Shown: positions 1 through 13,463, numbered from the stretch's first letter. The stretch is 64,000 bases of DNA from Eledone cirrhosa (GCA_964016885.1 OZ024740.1:435116001-435180000); one strand, 5' to 3'. Notes: generated by a model from the letters alone, not told the origin. Translations and numbers: made by a program.

Positions 1-385
1 ATGACCTTGTGCATTTACAATCAGGTCATTGTTTAACATCTGTTTTTCCTATTTCCTACTAATAAGGGTCAGACATGCTATCACTGACTGTTTAGTACTC
101 AAGTGGAACCTCTGACCTCTAGGTGGACAGGAGACCCAATACACAATCCACGTGCCTTATCATAGCACCAGCATGAGGGAAGTTGTCATATCTTTGTCAT
201 AGCTGAACAGTTTTCTCGACCCATTATGCCCTTTCTATCACCAACCATTTTACGGAGTGTCCTGTTGGGTTATTTGTGGCTAAGTATTGGTCTTGTACAG
301 TTATAATCAGACGTTCTTTTAGCACTTTTAAAACCATTGTTAGCCCTGATTCCCCTGAGGTAAACCTCAAAATATTATTATTATT

Positions 386-570
386 GAGGGCAGTGGAATG
401 GTAGTATTGGTAGAGCATCGGACATGCTTTGTGGCATAGAGTTACGGCCCTTTATGTTCTGAGTTCAAATCTGGCCGAGGTTAACTTTGCCTTTCATCCT
501 TACGGGGGTCGATAAATTAAAGTACCAGTAATACACTGGGGTCGATTTAATCAACTTTCCCCGCCCCCAA
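386..570 (+). mobile_element. tRNA-derived SINE, family 1
   Basis: A-box-like TGGTAGTATTGGTAG, B-box-like GAGTTCAAATC, body GTTAACTTTGCCTTTCATCCTTACGGGGTCGATAAA..AAGTACCAG repeated at about 8 places in the window. Confidence 0.75.
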
Positions 571-711
571 AATGTGTAAAGTGCAGTAATTACAGAAGTA
601 TGATACACCCAGAAAAGTTGCTTTGTAAGACTAATGTTTACATTTAGGATTGTAGTTGAAATACTCTTTACAAGAGGACAACTTCGCTTCTAATTCTACC
701 AATAAAATATA

Positions 712-779
712 TAAGTAGCTAGTAAGTGTATGGTATGTGTGTGTATATATATATGAAAGTAGCTAGTAAGTGTATGGTA

Positions 780-820
<41 letters not shown>

Positions 821-1120
821 GAAAGTAGCTAGTAAGTGTATGGTATGTGTGTGTGTGTGTGTATATATATATATGAAAGTAGCTAGTAAGTGTATGGTGT
901 GTGTGTGTGTGTATGTATATATATATATATATATATAAAAGTAGCTAGTAAGTGTATGGTGTGTGTGTGTGTATATATATATATGAAAGTAGCTAATAAG
1001 TGTATGGTGTGTGTATGTGTGTGTATATATATATATATGAAAGTAGCTAGTAAGTGTATGGTGTGTGTATGTGTGTGTATATATATATATATGAAAGTAG
1101 CTAGTAAGTGTATGGTATAT
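712..1120. repeat. Compound minisatellite GAAAGTAGCTAGTAAGTGTATGG-(TG)n-(TA)n
   Basis: About 8 tandem units with variable TG/TA lengths. Confidence 0.9.
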
Positions 1121-1448
1121 ATATACTTACAAGTACTTAGTTTAATATACATAAAATAGAGACTTTCTCCTTACAAAACAGACCTTATAGAATGATAAAA
1201 GATCATTAAAATAGTCTGTTGAATATGAAAATATGATTTAGAAAAAGGTCCTTTAGGCTCCTTTAACAACTAAAAGGTATTTTCTAAATCTAAAAAAGTG
1301 ATGGTGTGTATGTGTGTGTAGAAATGCTTAATCCCTAAACCAGGGATACACAATTTTTTTTTCACAGAAAGTTGTCCACATAATTCACAAGGAAAACTTC
1401 ATGAGATACCAAATCTGAATTTACTCTTAACTGTATCATGTCAGTAGT

Positions 1449-3357
1449 AAGAAACTCTGAGGAGAGCTGGACAGAAGGTCTTCAGAGAAGAAACTCTGAG
1501 GAGAGCTTGACAGAAGGTCTTCAGAGAAGAAACTCTGAGGAGAGCTGGACAGAAGGTCTTCAGAGAAGAAACTCTGAGGAGAGCTGGACAGAAGGTCTTC
1601 AGAGAAGAAACTCTCAGGAGAGCTGGACAGAAGGTCTTCAGAGAAGAAACTCTGAGGAGAGCTGGATAGAAGGTCTTCAGAGAAGAAACTGAGGAGAGCT
1701 GGACAGAAGGTCTTCAGAGAAGAAACTCTGAGGAGAGCTGGACAGCAGAAGGTCTTCAGAGAAGAAACTCTCAGGAGAGCTGGACAGCAGAAGGTCTTCA
1801 GAGAAGAAACTGAGGAGAGCTGGACAGAAGGTCTTCAGAGAAGAAACTCTGAGGAGAGCTGGACAGCAGAAGGTCTTCAGAGAAGAAACTCTCAGGAGAG
1901 CTGGACAGCAGAAGGTCTTCAGAGAAGAAACTGTCTGGAGAGCTGGACAGAAGGTCTTCAGAGAAGAAACTCTGAGGAGAGCTTGACAGAAGGTCTTCAG
2001 AGAAGAAACTCTCAGGAGAGCTGGACAGAAGGTCTTCAGAGAAGAAACTCTGAGGAGAGCTTGACAGAAGGTCTTCAGAGAAGAAACTCTCAGGAGAGCT
2101 GGACAGAAGGTCTTCAGAGAAGAAACTCTCAGGAGAGCTGGACAGCTGAAGGTCTTCAGAGAAGAAACTCTGAGGAGAGCTGGACAGCAGAAGGTCTTCA
2201 GAGAAGAAACTCTCAGGAGAGCTGGACAGCAGAAGGTCTTCAGAGAAGAAACTCTCAGGAGAGCTGGACAGCAGAAGGTCTTCAGAGAAGAAACTCTCAG
2301 GAGAGCTGGACAGCAGAAGGTCTTCAAAGAAGAAACTCTCAGGAGAGCTGGACAGCAGAAGGTCTTCAGAGAAGAAACTCTCAGGAGAGCTGGACAGCAG
2401 AAGGTCTTCAGAGAAGAAACTCTCAGGAGAGCTGGACAGCAGAAGGTCTTCAGAGAAGAAACTCTCAGGAGAGCTGGACAGCAGAAGGTCTTGAGAGAAG
2501 AAACTCTCAGGAGAGCTGGACAGAAGGTCTTCAGAGAAGAAACTCTCAGGAGAACTGGACAGAAGGTCTTCAGAGAAGAAACTCTCAGGAGAACTGGACA
2601 GAAGGTCTTCAGAGAAGAAACTCTCAGGAGAGCTGGACAGCAGTAGGTTTTCAGAGAAGAAACTCTCAGGAGAGCTGGACAGAAGGTCTTCAGAGAAGAA
2701 ACTCTGAGGAGAGCTGGACAGAAGGTCTTCAGAGAAGAAACTCTCAGGAGAGCTGGACAGCAGAAGGTCTTCAGAGAAGAAACTCTGAGGAGAGCTGGAC
2801 AGCAGAAGGTCTTCAGAGAAGAAACTCTCAGGAGAGCTGGACAGCAGAAGGTCTTCAGAGAAGAAACTCTCAGGAGAGCTGGACAGCAGAAGGTCTTCAG
2901 AGAAGAAACTCTGAGGAGAGCTGAACAGCAGAAGGTCTTCAGAGAAGAAACTCTCAGGAGAGCTGGACAGCAATAGGTTTTCAGAGAAGAAACTCTCAGG
3001 AGAGCTGGACAGCAGAAGGTCTTCAGAGAAGAAACTCTCAGGAGAGCTGGACAGAAGGTCTTCAGAGAAGAAACTCTCAGGAGAGTTGGACAGCAGTAGG
3101 TTTTCAGAGAAGAAACTCTCAGGAGAGCTGGACAGCAGAAGGTCTTCAGAGAAGAAACTCTCAGGAGAGCTGGACAGAAGGTTTTCAGAGAAGAAACTCT
3201 CAGGAGAGCTGGACAGAAGGTCTTCAGAGAAGAAACTCTCAGGAGAGCTGGACAGCAGAAGGTCTTCAGAGAAGAAACTCTGAGGAGAGCTGGACAGAAG
3301 GTCTTCAGAGAAGAAACTCTCAGGTGAACTGTACAGCAGAAGGTCTTCAGAGAAGAA
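1449..3357. repeat. 36/39-bp minisatellite AGAAACTCT(G/C)AGGAGAGCTGGACAG(CAG)AAGGTCTTCAGAGA
   Basis: Direct tandem repetition, units differ by a CAG indel. Confidence 0.95.
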
Positions 3358-3388
3358 CCTCACTCCCAACAAGAAAGTTTTTCAGCCC

Positions 3389-3604
3389 TTAACTCATTAG
3401 CATTTAAAATGGTCGTATCCAGCCAGAATTCTCTCACCTCCTTCTGATCAAAGCTGCTGCAACTGGGCTCTCATACTGATGTTAAGGTATTGTTCTCAAA
3501 ATAAATAGTATCAAAATCTCATACATTCGATATTATGTGAGGTAAAGTCTTTACCATGAAAATGTAATAGTATATATAGAGTAATGTAAATGCTAAAAGG
3601 TTAA
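3389..3604. mobile_element. TTAA-flanked MITE (piggyBac-like non-autonomous element)
   Basis: TTAA-CTCATTAGCATTTA ... TAAATGCTAAAAGG-TTAA: imperfect 14-bp TIRs and TTAA at both ends. Confidence 0.55.
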
Positions 3605-3785
3605 TAATATAATTCAAGTATAAAAGCTATATGTATATAGACAGAAAGGACCATACATCCAATATATGGTATTTTCTCTCTCTCTCTATATATAGATCTT
3701 TTATACTTAAATTATTATAGCTCTGGACAAAGTCTATTGCAAAGCACAAAAATCAAACATATTTGTATGTTTTGATTCTTCATAT

Positions 3786-4120
3786 ATCATCATCATCATC
3801 ATCTTTGTTTAATGTCCATCTTCCACGCCAGCATGGGTTAGACGGGAGTTGTCCCACTTGAGACAAGGTTAGACGGGAGTTGTCCCACTTGAGACAAGGT
3901 TGGTCGGGTGACCGTGTCTCGCTCATGTAGGGCTGTCTGGCAGGTTTTCTACGGCTGGATGTCCTTCCTAACACCAACCACATTTACAATGTGGACTGGA
4001 AACTTTTTACCGTGTTACCTACACAGCCACATTACAGTGTGGACTGTGTGTTTTTTGTCGTGACACCTACACGATCTCATTATCTCATTTATTTGGACTG
4101 GATGTTGTGGTACCAACTTG
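3786..4120 (-). mobile_element. RTE subfamily B 3' UTR fragment
   Basis: (CAT)n tail, matches the 3' UTR of 12705-13463, has a ~31-bp internal tandem duplication. Confidence 0.8.
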
Positions 4121-4130
4121 TATATATATA

Positions 4131-4503
4131 TAGCAAAAGAATGAAGAATAACATGGTCAGCTGCACAATAGGGTTTATTTACAGTATTAACAATTGTTTC
4201 ATTAGTCAGGTGAGTCTAAAAGTCGCTGATCGTTAGAAGTCACGTCACTCGACTTTAATTACAGTCGATACCTGACCAACTCGTCAGCATACTGATGTGT
4301 GTACATGATTTAGACTCACCTGACTAATGAAACAATTGTTAATACTGTAAATAAACCCTATTGTGCCGATCATGTTATTCTTCATTCTTTTACTATTATT
4401 ACTCCAAGAACTGCCTGCCTGGGAACTTTCTTAAACCTGCCACCCAACTAAGGAAACTTCTGGTTGATTAAACAACAGCTTACGTTAAACAATACCTTGT
4501 TAT

Positions 4504-4505
<2 letters not shown>
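4131..4505. mobile_element. PLE pseudo-LTR-like cassette with ~90-bp inverted repeat
   Basis: Arms 4131-4220 and 4309-4395, contains the hammerhead, bounded by (TA)n. Confidence 0.55.
4182..4294 (-). ncRNA. Type I hammerhead ribozyme motif, long stem II, palindromic stem III
   Basis: Minus strand: CAGUAU(G) CUGACGA GUUGGUCAGGU...ACCUGACUAAU GAAA CAAUUG UU (A)AUACUG. Confidence 0.7.
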
Positions 4506-4559
<54 letters not shown>

Positions 4560-5487
4560 CTATATATATAATCTATATATTCTATCGGTTATTTTGCCAT
4601 TTTGCCATGCTGTATTCTATCGGTTAGTTTGTTAGCCATGACAGCGACCCTCTCTCTATGATGGCTACTCCCTCTCCCCCTCTCTATGATGGCTACCCTC
4701 TCTCTATCTATCTCTAAGCCACCTATTACCTCCCTTTCCCTCTACACCCATTCCTCCTCACTCATCTTGAAGTTATTGACACACTCTACTCTGAAAGGCT
4801 AAAATGAATCACTAGAGTTGATTTAGCTACGTTCCATCCATCCATCCATACAAATCTTGTCAGGTATTTCAGCTACCACAACACATTTATTTTGTTACCC
4901 GCATTTTCCCTACCATGCTAACTCTCTATCTGTCTATTTTTCCATCAAAGGCTACAGGCCATGACTGGCTATTATTATTATTGTAGCTGTATTCATATCT
5001 ATGCTGCATTCACTTCTATCAGTTATTTTGATGACATGACTGGCTGCCTACCTCACAATTTCCCTCCCACCACCATAGCCTATTCGACCAATCAAACCTC
5101 AGCATGCCATTTCTTCTACTACTACTACTACCTAACTCTCTCCTCCCCCGTCCCAGCCCAACACACCCTGCCATTATCACCACCATGACTGTTCTTCTAG
5201 CCCTGAATTTTCCTACCGTTATGGATGGATGAGCTGAGAATAAATTGGAGCAACTCTGAATTAATAGATGAAATGAATATGAATCCGCGAGCTACCAAGC
5301 ACCCATGTGAAGCCCCAATCCAGAGAGAGGAAGCACACACACACACCCCTGCAAAAATCGACCCTTCCCTACGAGTGTCGACAAATGCTCAAAACTCCGA
5401 GTTGGTACCATCAATGTAAGCACAATGAAAGAAAGAGAAGGAGAAATCGTAGAAATGCTAGAGTGAAAGGAAATTGATGTATGCAGT

Positions 5488-7167
5488 GTGCAAGAGACTA
5501 GATGGAGAGGAGAGTCTGCTAGAGTCCTTGTAGGAAAAAGTCAGTGCTACAAATTTTTCTGGGTGGGAAATGACGATGGGATGGGTGGTGTAGGTATCCT
5601 ACTAGCTGACAAGTGGGTAGATAAAGTAATCTCAGTGTACAGGGCAAATGCAAGAATCATTAAACTCAGACTAGTCCTAAATAAAACAATTACCACAATA
5701 ATATCAGCTTACGCACCCCAATCGGGGTTGCCAGACGAACTTAAGGATAGATTTTACAAGTCCCTAATGCACACTACTGCTCTAACAAACGACAATGACT
5801 TCCTAATCATCGCAGGAGATTTTAACGGACACGTAGGTAAACAATGTGACGGCTTCAATAGAGTCCATGGAGGCCACGGGGTTGGCACAAGAAATGAAGA
5901 AGGATTCAGACTTCTAGAATTCTGTGACGCCAATGACATGTCGATATGTAACACAAACTTCAAAAAACCCGACAACCACCTGATCACCTATAGATCAGGG
6001 GAGCATTCTAGTCAGATAGATTTTATCCTCATCAGAGGATGTGACAGATGGACGGTCATAAACACAAAAGCTTTCCCTAGTGAGGAATGTACCTCCCAAC
6101 ATAGCTTAGTTGTCAGCGACCTCACGGTCAGAACTAGACGAACCTGGAAACAGAGGCCAACCTGGAGAAGAAAGATCTGGAAGCTGAAAGACCCCTCAAC
6201 CAGTAACAGATTTAAAGATATTTTACTCAACGCCTACGACAGTAAAGAAGAACAGATAGAGACATTCAATGTAGAAGAGAACTGGGAGTTCCTAAAAAAT
6301 AACTTACTAGAGGCGACGGATGAGGTCTGTGGCTGGAGTAAGATCTCAAGCAGGAGGAGAGTGACTTGGTGGTGGAACAATAAGGTAGATGAGGCAGTTA
6401 AGGCTAAGAGACAGGCATGGAAAGAATGGAAGAATGGAGGGAGCAGGGTACATTACATAGAGACCAAGAGGGAAGCTAGGCGACAAGTATACTTAGCTAG
6501 GAGGGAAGCAGAGGATAAAAAATTCAAGCATGTTTTGCAACGTGAGGACCAGAAACAGGAGGTGTTCAAGATTGCAAGGCAGTGTGTCAGAGAGAATTGT
6601 GATGTCATTGGAGAGAAGTGTATCCGGAATGATAAAGGTGAGCTTGCCCTCACAAGTGCTGAGAAGAAAGATGCATGGAAGAGCCATTATGATAGATTAC
6701 TAAATGAGGAGAATGCATGGGAAGAAGAGACCCTACCCCAAGTAGACCCTATAGAGGGGCCAGCAGTACAAGTCAGCAGCAGCGTAGTAAGTAAGGCAAT
6801 CAAATATATGAAGATGGGGAAGGCAACCGGTCCATCGGGTATAGCTGCCGAGATGCTGAAGGCATCTGGGTCTGTAGGTCACACTATAACCACACGTATT
6901 GTTAATCAGGTAATACTAGAAGGTGTCATACCAAAAGATTGGTGCAGTAGCATCATTGTCAACTGCTACAAAGGTAAAGGCGATGCACTAGATAGAGGAA
7001 ACTATAGAGGTATAAAGCTGATGGATCAGGTCATGAAAGTAACAGAAAGAGTTATAGCACAGTTGATTAGGGACCGGGTGACAATAGATGAGATGCAATT
7101 TGGGTTTGTACCAGGAAGAGGCACCACTGATGCCCTCTTCCTTGCGAGGCAGTTACAGGAGAAGTAA
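5488..7167 (+). pseudogene. RTE APE endonuclease plus N-terminal RT segment
   Basis: 559-aa ORF with APE and RT motifs, bounded by premature stops. Confidence 0.85.
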
Positions 7168-7452
7168 CTAGCTAAAAGTAAGCCACACCACCTGGCATTT
7201 GTCGATCTCGAGAAAGCCTTTGACAGAGTTCCACGTGCTGTAATCTGGTGGGCTCTTAGAAAACTAGGAGTAGATGAATGGCTTGTGAAAGCGGTACAAG
7301 CCATGTATAGGGGAGCAGTCAGCAAAGTTAGGATTAGCAATGAATATAGCGAGGAATTTAGCGTACAGGTTGGTGTCCACCAGAGCTCTGTTCTTAGCCC
7401 TCTCCTGTTCATCATAGTCCTGCAGGCAATAACGGAGGAGTTTAAGACCGGA

Positions 7453-8170
7453 GTTTAAGCGATGTTGCATGGTAGTGAGACCTGGGCGCTGAAGGTGGAA
7501 GACTTACGTAGATTAGAGAGAAACGAAGCCTGCATGCTCCAATGGATGTGTAACAGTAATATACGTGAACGACAAAGCATAAATGAATTGAGAGAGAGAC
7601 TGAGCATAAGAGGAATCAAATGCTGTGTGCAGGAGAGGCGGTTGCGCTGGTATGGACATGTGATGCGTATGAAGGATGACAGCTGCATAAAAAGGTGCAG
7701 AGCACTAGAAGTTGATGGAAACCGCGGAGTGGGGAGACCCAAGATGACCTGGGATGAGGTGATAAAAGACAACCTTACCCAATTACACCTCTCAAAGACA
7801 ATGATACACAACCGTGACTTCTGGCGTCAAGCAGTAATACAGAGTACCCGACCTCCCATGGGTACATGCTGAAGCATATAAACAATATGCCCCCACACCC
7901 CCCACCGCAAGGTGGTCGTGGAGGTGCCACGGCAAAAAAGCACCCAGCCCACACTGTAAAGTGGACGTGTAGGTGCCACGAAAAAGCACCCAGCACTCAC
8001 TGTAAATGAGGTTGGTGTTAGGAAGGGCATCCTGCTGTAGAAATCAAGCCAGATCAGTTCCTGTATGAGCAAGGCATGGTCAGCCGACCAGACACTGCAC
8101 ACAACAGGACAACCTGTCTAACCCATGCTAGCGTGGAAGAACAGACGTAAAACGGTGATGATGATGATGA
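7453..8170 (+). mobile_element. 5'-truncated RTE-A copy nested in RTE-A
   Basis: AMLHGSETW...RLRWYGHV, 3' UTR and (GAT)n tail; the host reading KTG|[10 protein letters not shown] resumes at 8171. Confidence 0.85.
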
Positions 8171-9467
8171 TGCCCATGGGAACTCCTGTATGCTGATGAC
8201 CTCGCACTTATAGCTGAATCTATGGTAGAACTAGCGAAGAAATTCCAAACTTGAAAGCAGGGACTAGAAAGAAAGGGTCTCAAAGTCAACATAACAAAAA
8301 CTAAGGTCCTTGTAAGTAGACGAGAAAACAGAACCCAGATCCCCTCAGGGAAATGGCCTTGCTCAGTATGTAGGAAAGGTGTAGGTAGGAACTCCATTCT
8401 CTGCTCCAAATGCAAACAGTGGGTACACAAGAGATGTAGCGGGATCTCAGGAAGCTTAATTAAGAATGTAGGCTTCACATGCAGCAGCTGTGCTGGAACA
8501 GCAAGCAGCAAGCAGCCACAGGAAACAAGTACCACCAATCTCTGGGAGGGCTCTGTAGAAACAGTAGACCGCTTCTGATACCTAGGTGACCGAATTAGCA
8601 GCGGAGGTGGGTGTTCAGAAAGTACAATAACTAGGGTAAGACCGGGATGGAAGAAGTTCAGGGAACTACTGCCACTGCTAGCTGCAAAAGGCTTCTCCCT
8701 CAAAATGAAAGGCAGACTGTATGATGCGTGTATCCGAACAGCAATGTTACATGGTAGTGAGACCTGGGCACTGAAGGTGGAAGACTTACGTAGATTAGAG
8801 AGAAATGAAGCCTGCATGCTCCGATGGATGTGTAATAGTAATATACGAGAACGACAAAGCATAAATGAATTGAGAGAGAGACTGAGCATAAGAGGAATCA
8901 AATGCTGTGTGCAGGAGAGGCGGTTGCGTTGGTATGGACATGTGATGCGTATGAAGGATGACAGCTGCATAAAAAGGTGCAGAGCACTAGAAGTCAATGG
9001 AAACCGCGGAGTGGGGAGACCCAAGAAGACCTGGGATGAGGTGATAAAAGCCGACCTTACCCAATTACACCTCTCAAAGGTGATGACACACGACCATGAC
9101 CTCTGGCGTCACGCAGTAATACAGAGTATCCGACCTCCCATGGGTACAAGCTGAAGCATATAGACAATATGCCCCCACACCCTCCCACTGCAAGGTGGTC
9201 GTGGAGGTGCCACGGCAAAAAAGCACCCAGCCCACACTGTAAAGTGGACGTGTAGGTGCCACGAAAAAGCACCCAGCACTCACTGTAAATGAGGTTGGTG
9301 TTAGGAAGGGCAACCAGCTGTAGAAATCAAGCCAAATCAGTTCCTGTATGAGCAAGGCATGGTCAGCCGACCAGACACTGTCCACGACAGGACAACCCGT
9401 CTAACCCATGCTAGCGTGGAAGAACGGACGTAAAACGATGATGATGATGATGATGATGATGATGATA

Positions 9468-9680
9468 ATCATCATTTTACGTCCACTTTTCCTTGCTTGT
9501 AAGGGTGGGATGTGTTCTATTCAGCACAGCATCTCTCCATTCGTCATCTCTTCTGTGAGCTTCAGCGATCTGAGGTTAGCTCTCACAACCTCTACCCATG
9601 TTTTTTGTGGTCTTCCTCTACTGTGTCTCCCTTCCACTGGGATTTCTTGGCACTTCTTTACCCAGTGGTTATCCTCCATG
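9468..9680 (-). mobile_element. RTE subfamily C 3' fragment
   Basis: Similar to 32119-32360, tail-to-tail with RTE-A. Confidence 0.75.
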
Positions 9681-9805
9681 AAACTCTCAGAAGAGCTGGT
9701 CAGCAGATCTTCAGAAAAGAAACCCCCACCTCAAACAAGTGTTATAGGACATAAAACTCTTCATGAACCATCAAAAACCTTGTTACAGACCATTAATGAT
9801 ACACA

Positions 9806-9990
9806 TGGATTGGCAGTATTGGTAGAGGATCGGACGCCATGCTTTGACGCATAGAGTTACGGCCCTTGCCATTCTGAATTCAAATCCCGCCGAGGTTAAC
9901 TTTGCCTTTCATCCTTACGGGGTCGATAAAATAAAGTACCAGTAATACACTGGGTAATTGCTGACCTTGTGCCTAACGTAGAAACAATTA
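9806..9990 (+). mobile_element. SINE family 1 with target-site duplication
   Basis: ATTAATGATACAC at 9792-9804 and 9987-9999 flanks the SINE. Confidence 0.8.
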
Positions 9991-10649
9991 ATGATACACC
10001 TGGATAAAGTACATCACTACCCTAAACTAAAAAGGTGATAAACAATCAGCGGTAAAACTGTAAAGCTAACAATTTAGTAATATGAAACCAGCTCGTACTT
10101 AATACAGTCACCATTATATTGCTAGCCGAAGACAACACGAAATATCATGACATTGTACCCACAAAAACATATTTATTTCACCCAAAACTACATTTTTCAG
10201 CCATTTAAATGAAATTTAATCCACAACAATTAGTAACCAACCTTACTGTTTCTACTTCAGGATATAATAGGTCAACATATATGGATCAATATATTACTAG
10301 GAGGAAACTAAAACCAAGCTAGTGTGTGTATGTGTGGTGTATGGTGTGTGTGTTTGTGTGGGGTGGTTGTATGGATGTGATTGCGTGTTTGTGCATGTGT
10401 GCTATCTCCGTTTCAATACATCAGATTATATTCCGAACTGAAGACATCAACATGGAATGGTATGAAATTATACCCACACTAACAAGAAAATATTGTCTTT
10501 CGAGCCATCCATAGTCAACACTGATTCAGTAAGTTATTAGAGAGAGAGAGGCAGGGAAATATTGTCTCTATGGAAGATTATCACACCTGCATGGTGTGGT
10601 TACCTGTTATATCAACCTCATGCAATCACTTTACAGGAGTTCACACTGA

Positions 10650-10850
10650 TACATTGGAACCAAATACGGAAATATGGAGAGTTTCAATGTTGTCATAGGA
10701 ACATGTCAGGAATATGTACTGTCACCCTTTTTGTCTTCCTGTTGGTGATGGATTTCATCGAGGAAGTTCAGGGGGGGGGGTCCCTAATATATAGCCCCAA
10801 TTGGGACAGGAAAGGCTCACAGACCTTGACTTGGCCATTGATCTGGTACC
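10650..10850 (+). pseudogene. Old, degraded LINE RT fragment
   Basis: Frameshifted reading ESFNVVIGTCQEYVLSPF.FLLVMDFI and ERLTDLDLAIDL resembles G.RQGC.LSP.LF...RL.DLDFADD. Confidence 0.45.
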
Positions 10851-12704
10851 ACAAATATGAAGTATTACATCCATATCTGGACTTATTAGGAATAAAAACA
10901 CCTCAGATATTTAAAAGAAAGTTTGATTAGCGAAGACTTCCTCACCAACACACAACATTTGACCTACAGATATATTGTCTTCTCTCTCCACATATTCTAC
11001 CACTACTACAATGGCCTCTGCACCTCTCAACTAGATTGTTTTGTTGAAGGCAAAATATAACTCAATTACACTTGAAACACTTCTTTCTCCTCCTTTTATC
11101 ATCCCTGCTGTGCCTCAGTTAACCACTAGACACAATCTTTCCTCAGATGTCAGGATTTAATGCTAACCCCTAGACACAGTCCTTCCTCTCCAGAATGTTA
11201 ACTCCTCTGGGATTTCCCCCACCCTACATTGATTTACAGATATTACTCTCACCACTACCAGAGGGTCTACAAAGGTCAGGACAATTCCCCACTATGACTC
11301 AGCTATGAAAAAATGTTGGCTATTAATTGAATTTTTACCTTGGTTAGCTTCAGCTTTACACTTCTTTTTCATTTAATTAGGCAAAAATCACCACCACCAC
11401 CGCGGCCATCACCATCATTATTTAAGGCCTGTTTATCCCTGCTAGCAAGGGTTGAATGGGTCATCACAGACCAAGCCAGTACAAGTCAAAAATCAATAAA
11501 ATCAACCACGGCACATTAACTGTTGTGATATTAAGGTTGCAGCCTTACTGAGACAATGGTCATATGTTCACATCTAATTACAGTGATTTTATTGTGCTAC
11601 TGGTCGAAACAGATTACCATTCGCTTCAGTTCCACGCAGTTGAATATCAGCTCTGTGGAACTGAGTAAAAGTAAGGACATCAAACTTTAAAAACAATTAT
11701 TTCAACAACATACAAGTCCCCTTCCTAAACATACATAAAAATATCCCACTCACGCTAACATGGAAAAATAGATATAAAAACTGACAAATAGATATAAGAA
11801 CTAACAATTCTTGGAGAGATGTTAAACTGATAATTCTTGCTCTGATGTTCAGAACCATAACATTACAGTCCTAGTATGTCTCATAAAACTTCTGACACAT
11901 TAGAAGAAAGTTATAGAAATTGTATTATCTAGCTAAGCTGAAGATATGATTTATTCAGGGAATGACAAGACAACTGACAAGACAACTGACAAGATCCCAT
12001 TTGTTTACAGAATGGGGTAAATATAATGGATTACAGGAGATGAAAAATCTCATGCAATAAATAATAAAATAAAGTTGTTTTGTGTAAATGTATTTTTTTT
12101 AATGGTTTGAATTAGAAGTAGGAATAGTGTATAACAATGAAATGTAAGCAAGTGAATCTGTAATTTGAATTGGGAACTTGAATCATAATGAATCATTAGC
12201 TGATTACACAAAGATGCTACCCCCTATGGTAAATCATGACTGTGCTGCCACCTATGGGTGTGTTGTTATAACTCTCTTAACAGAGCTTGATGATTGTGGC
12301 TTGATCTTTTAGGATTCCTCCACTTAGTGGTGAGACAGATTGGCAGGAGAGCTAAAGATGAAATTGTTAGTGAAGTTCTTGTGGGGACCTACACAAGGAA
12401 GAGCTCACAGAGAAAGCCAAAACCTATATCAGATTTGTGATGATATAAACTGTAATTCTTCTGACCTGCTGAATATGATGAACAATAGAATTAGATGGTG
12501 ACAGTCAAGGGAGAGTGTGGAAGAAGTGTGTGTGTGGGGGGGGGGGGGGGGTCTACAATAGAATTGTATGGTGACCCTGTAATACCAGACAATCCTGTAA
12601 TGAACAGGCCTAATTCCAGAGTAACAAGACTCACTATTTAGCCTTAATAAGATGTGTGGAAGATGAATGTTAAACGATGATGATGATGATATATATATAT
12701 ATAG

Positions 12705-13463
12705 ACCTGGGCATTGTGTGCAGAGGATATACGCAGACTGGAGAGAAACGAAGCTTGCATGCTCCGCTGGATGTGTAATAGTAATATACGTGAACGGCAA
12801 AGCATAAATGAACTAAGGGAAAAATTAGGAATAAGAAGGATCAGATGTTGTTTACTTGAGAGAAGACTACGTTGGTACGGTCACGTGATGCGCATGAAAG
12901 ACAACAGCTGTATAAAAAAGTGCAGGGTGATAAAAATAGACGGTAGCCACAGAGTAGGCAGACCCAGAAAAACCTGGGATGACTTGATAAATTCCGACCT
13001 CACACACTTACACCTCTCCAAGACAATGTCACTGGACCGAGATCTTTGGCGCTACACAGTTATACAGAAGACCCGCCTTGCCTAAGTACAAAGCGAAACC
13101 TACAGTCAGTAGGCACCTCTAACAAAATACACCCCTGTCCCACTACCCCCACCCCATCCACACCACCCCCTTAAATGTGAAGTTATGTTGGTACCACAAC
13201 ATCCAGGCCGAAACAAATGAGATCGTGTAGGTGTCGCGACAAAAAAACACACAGTCCACGCTGTAATGTGGCCGTGTAGGCAACACGGTAAAAACCTCCC
13301 AGTCCACACTGTAAACGTGGTTGGTGTTAGGAAGGGCATCCAGCCGTAGAAAACCCGCCAGACAGTCCTATACGAGCAAGACAACCACTCTTGCCTCAAG
13401 TGGGAAAACCCCCGTCCAAACCCATGCAAGCGTGGAAGATGGACGTTAAATGATGATGATGAT
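12705..13463 (+). mobile_element. RTE subfamily B, 5'-truncated
   Basis: ORF 12714-13085 with RLRWYGHV and GRPRKTW, 3' UTR, (GAT)n tail, starts in (TA)n. Confidence 0.88.

Larger units (their letters stand above)
5380..9466 (+). mobile_element. RTE LINE subfamily A, near full length but disabled and interrupted by a nested copy
   Basis: APE motifs (QETRW, SAYAPQ, GDFNGHVG, SQIDF), RT motifs (QFGF, FVDLEKAFDRV, Q.SVLSP, YADD at ~8189), stops at ~5464, 7165, 8251, 8577, (GAT)n tail. Confidence 0.9.

Noticed and set aside
1438-3372. ORFs up to 524 aa (SSSPESFFSEDLL repeats)
   Set aside because: Open in several frames on both strands because unit lengths are multiples of 3; no start context or splice evidence
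12330-12425. Old LINE C-terminal remnant (RAKDEIVSEVL.WGPTQGRAHR)
   Set aside because: Too short and frameshifted to support as a feature
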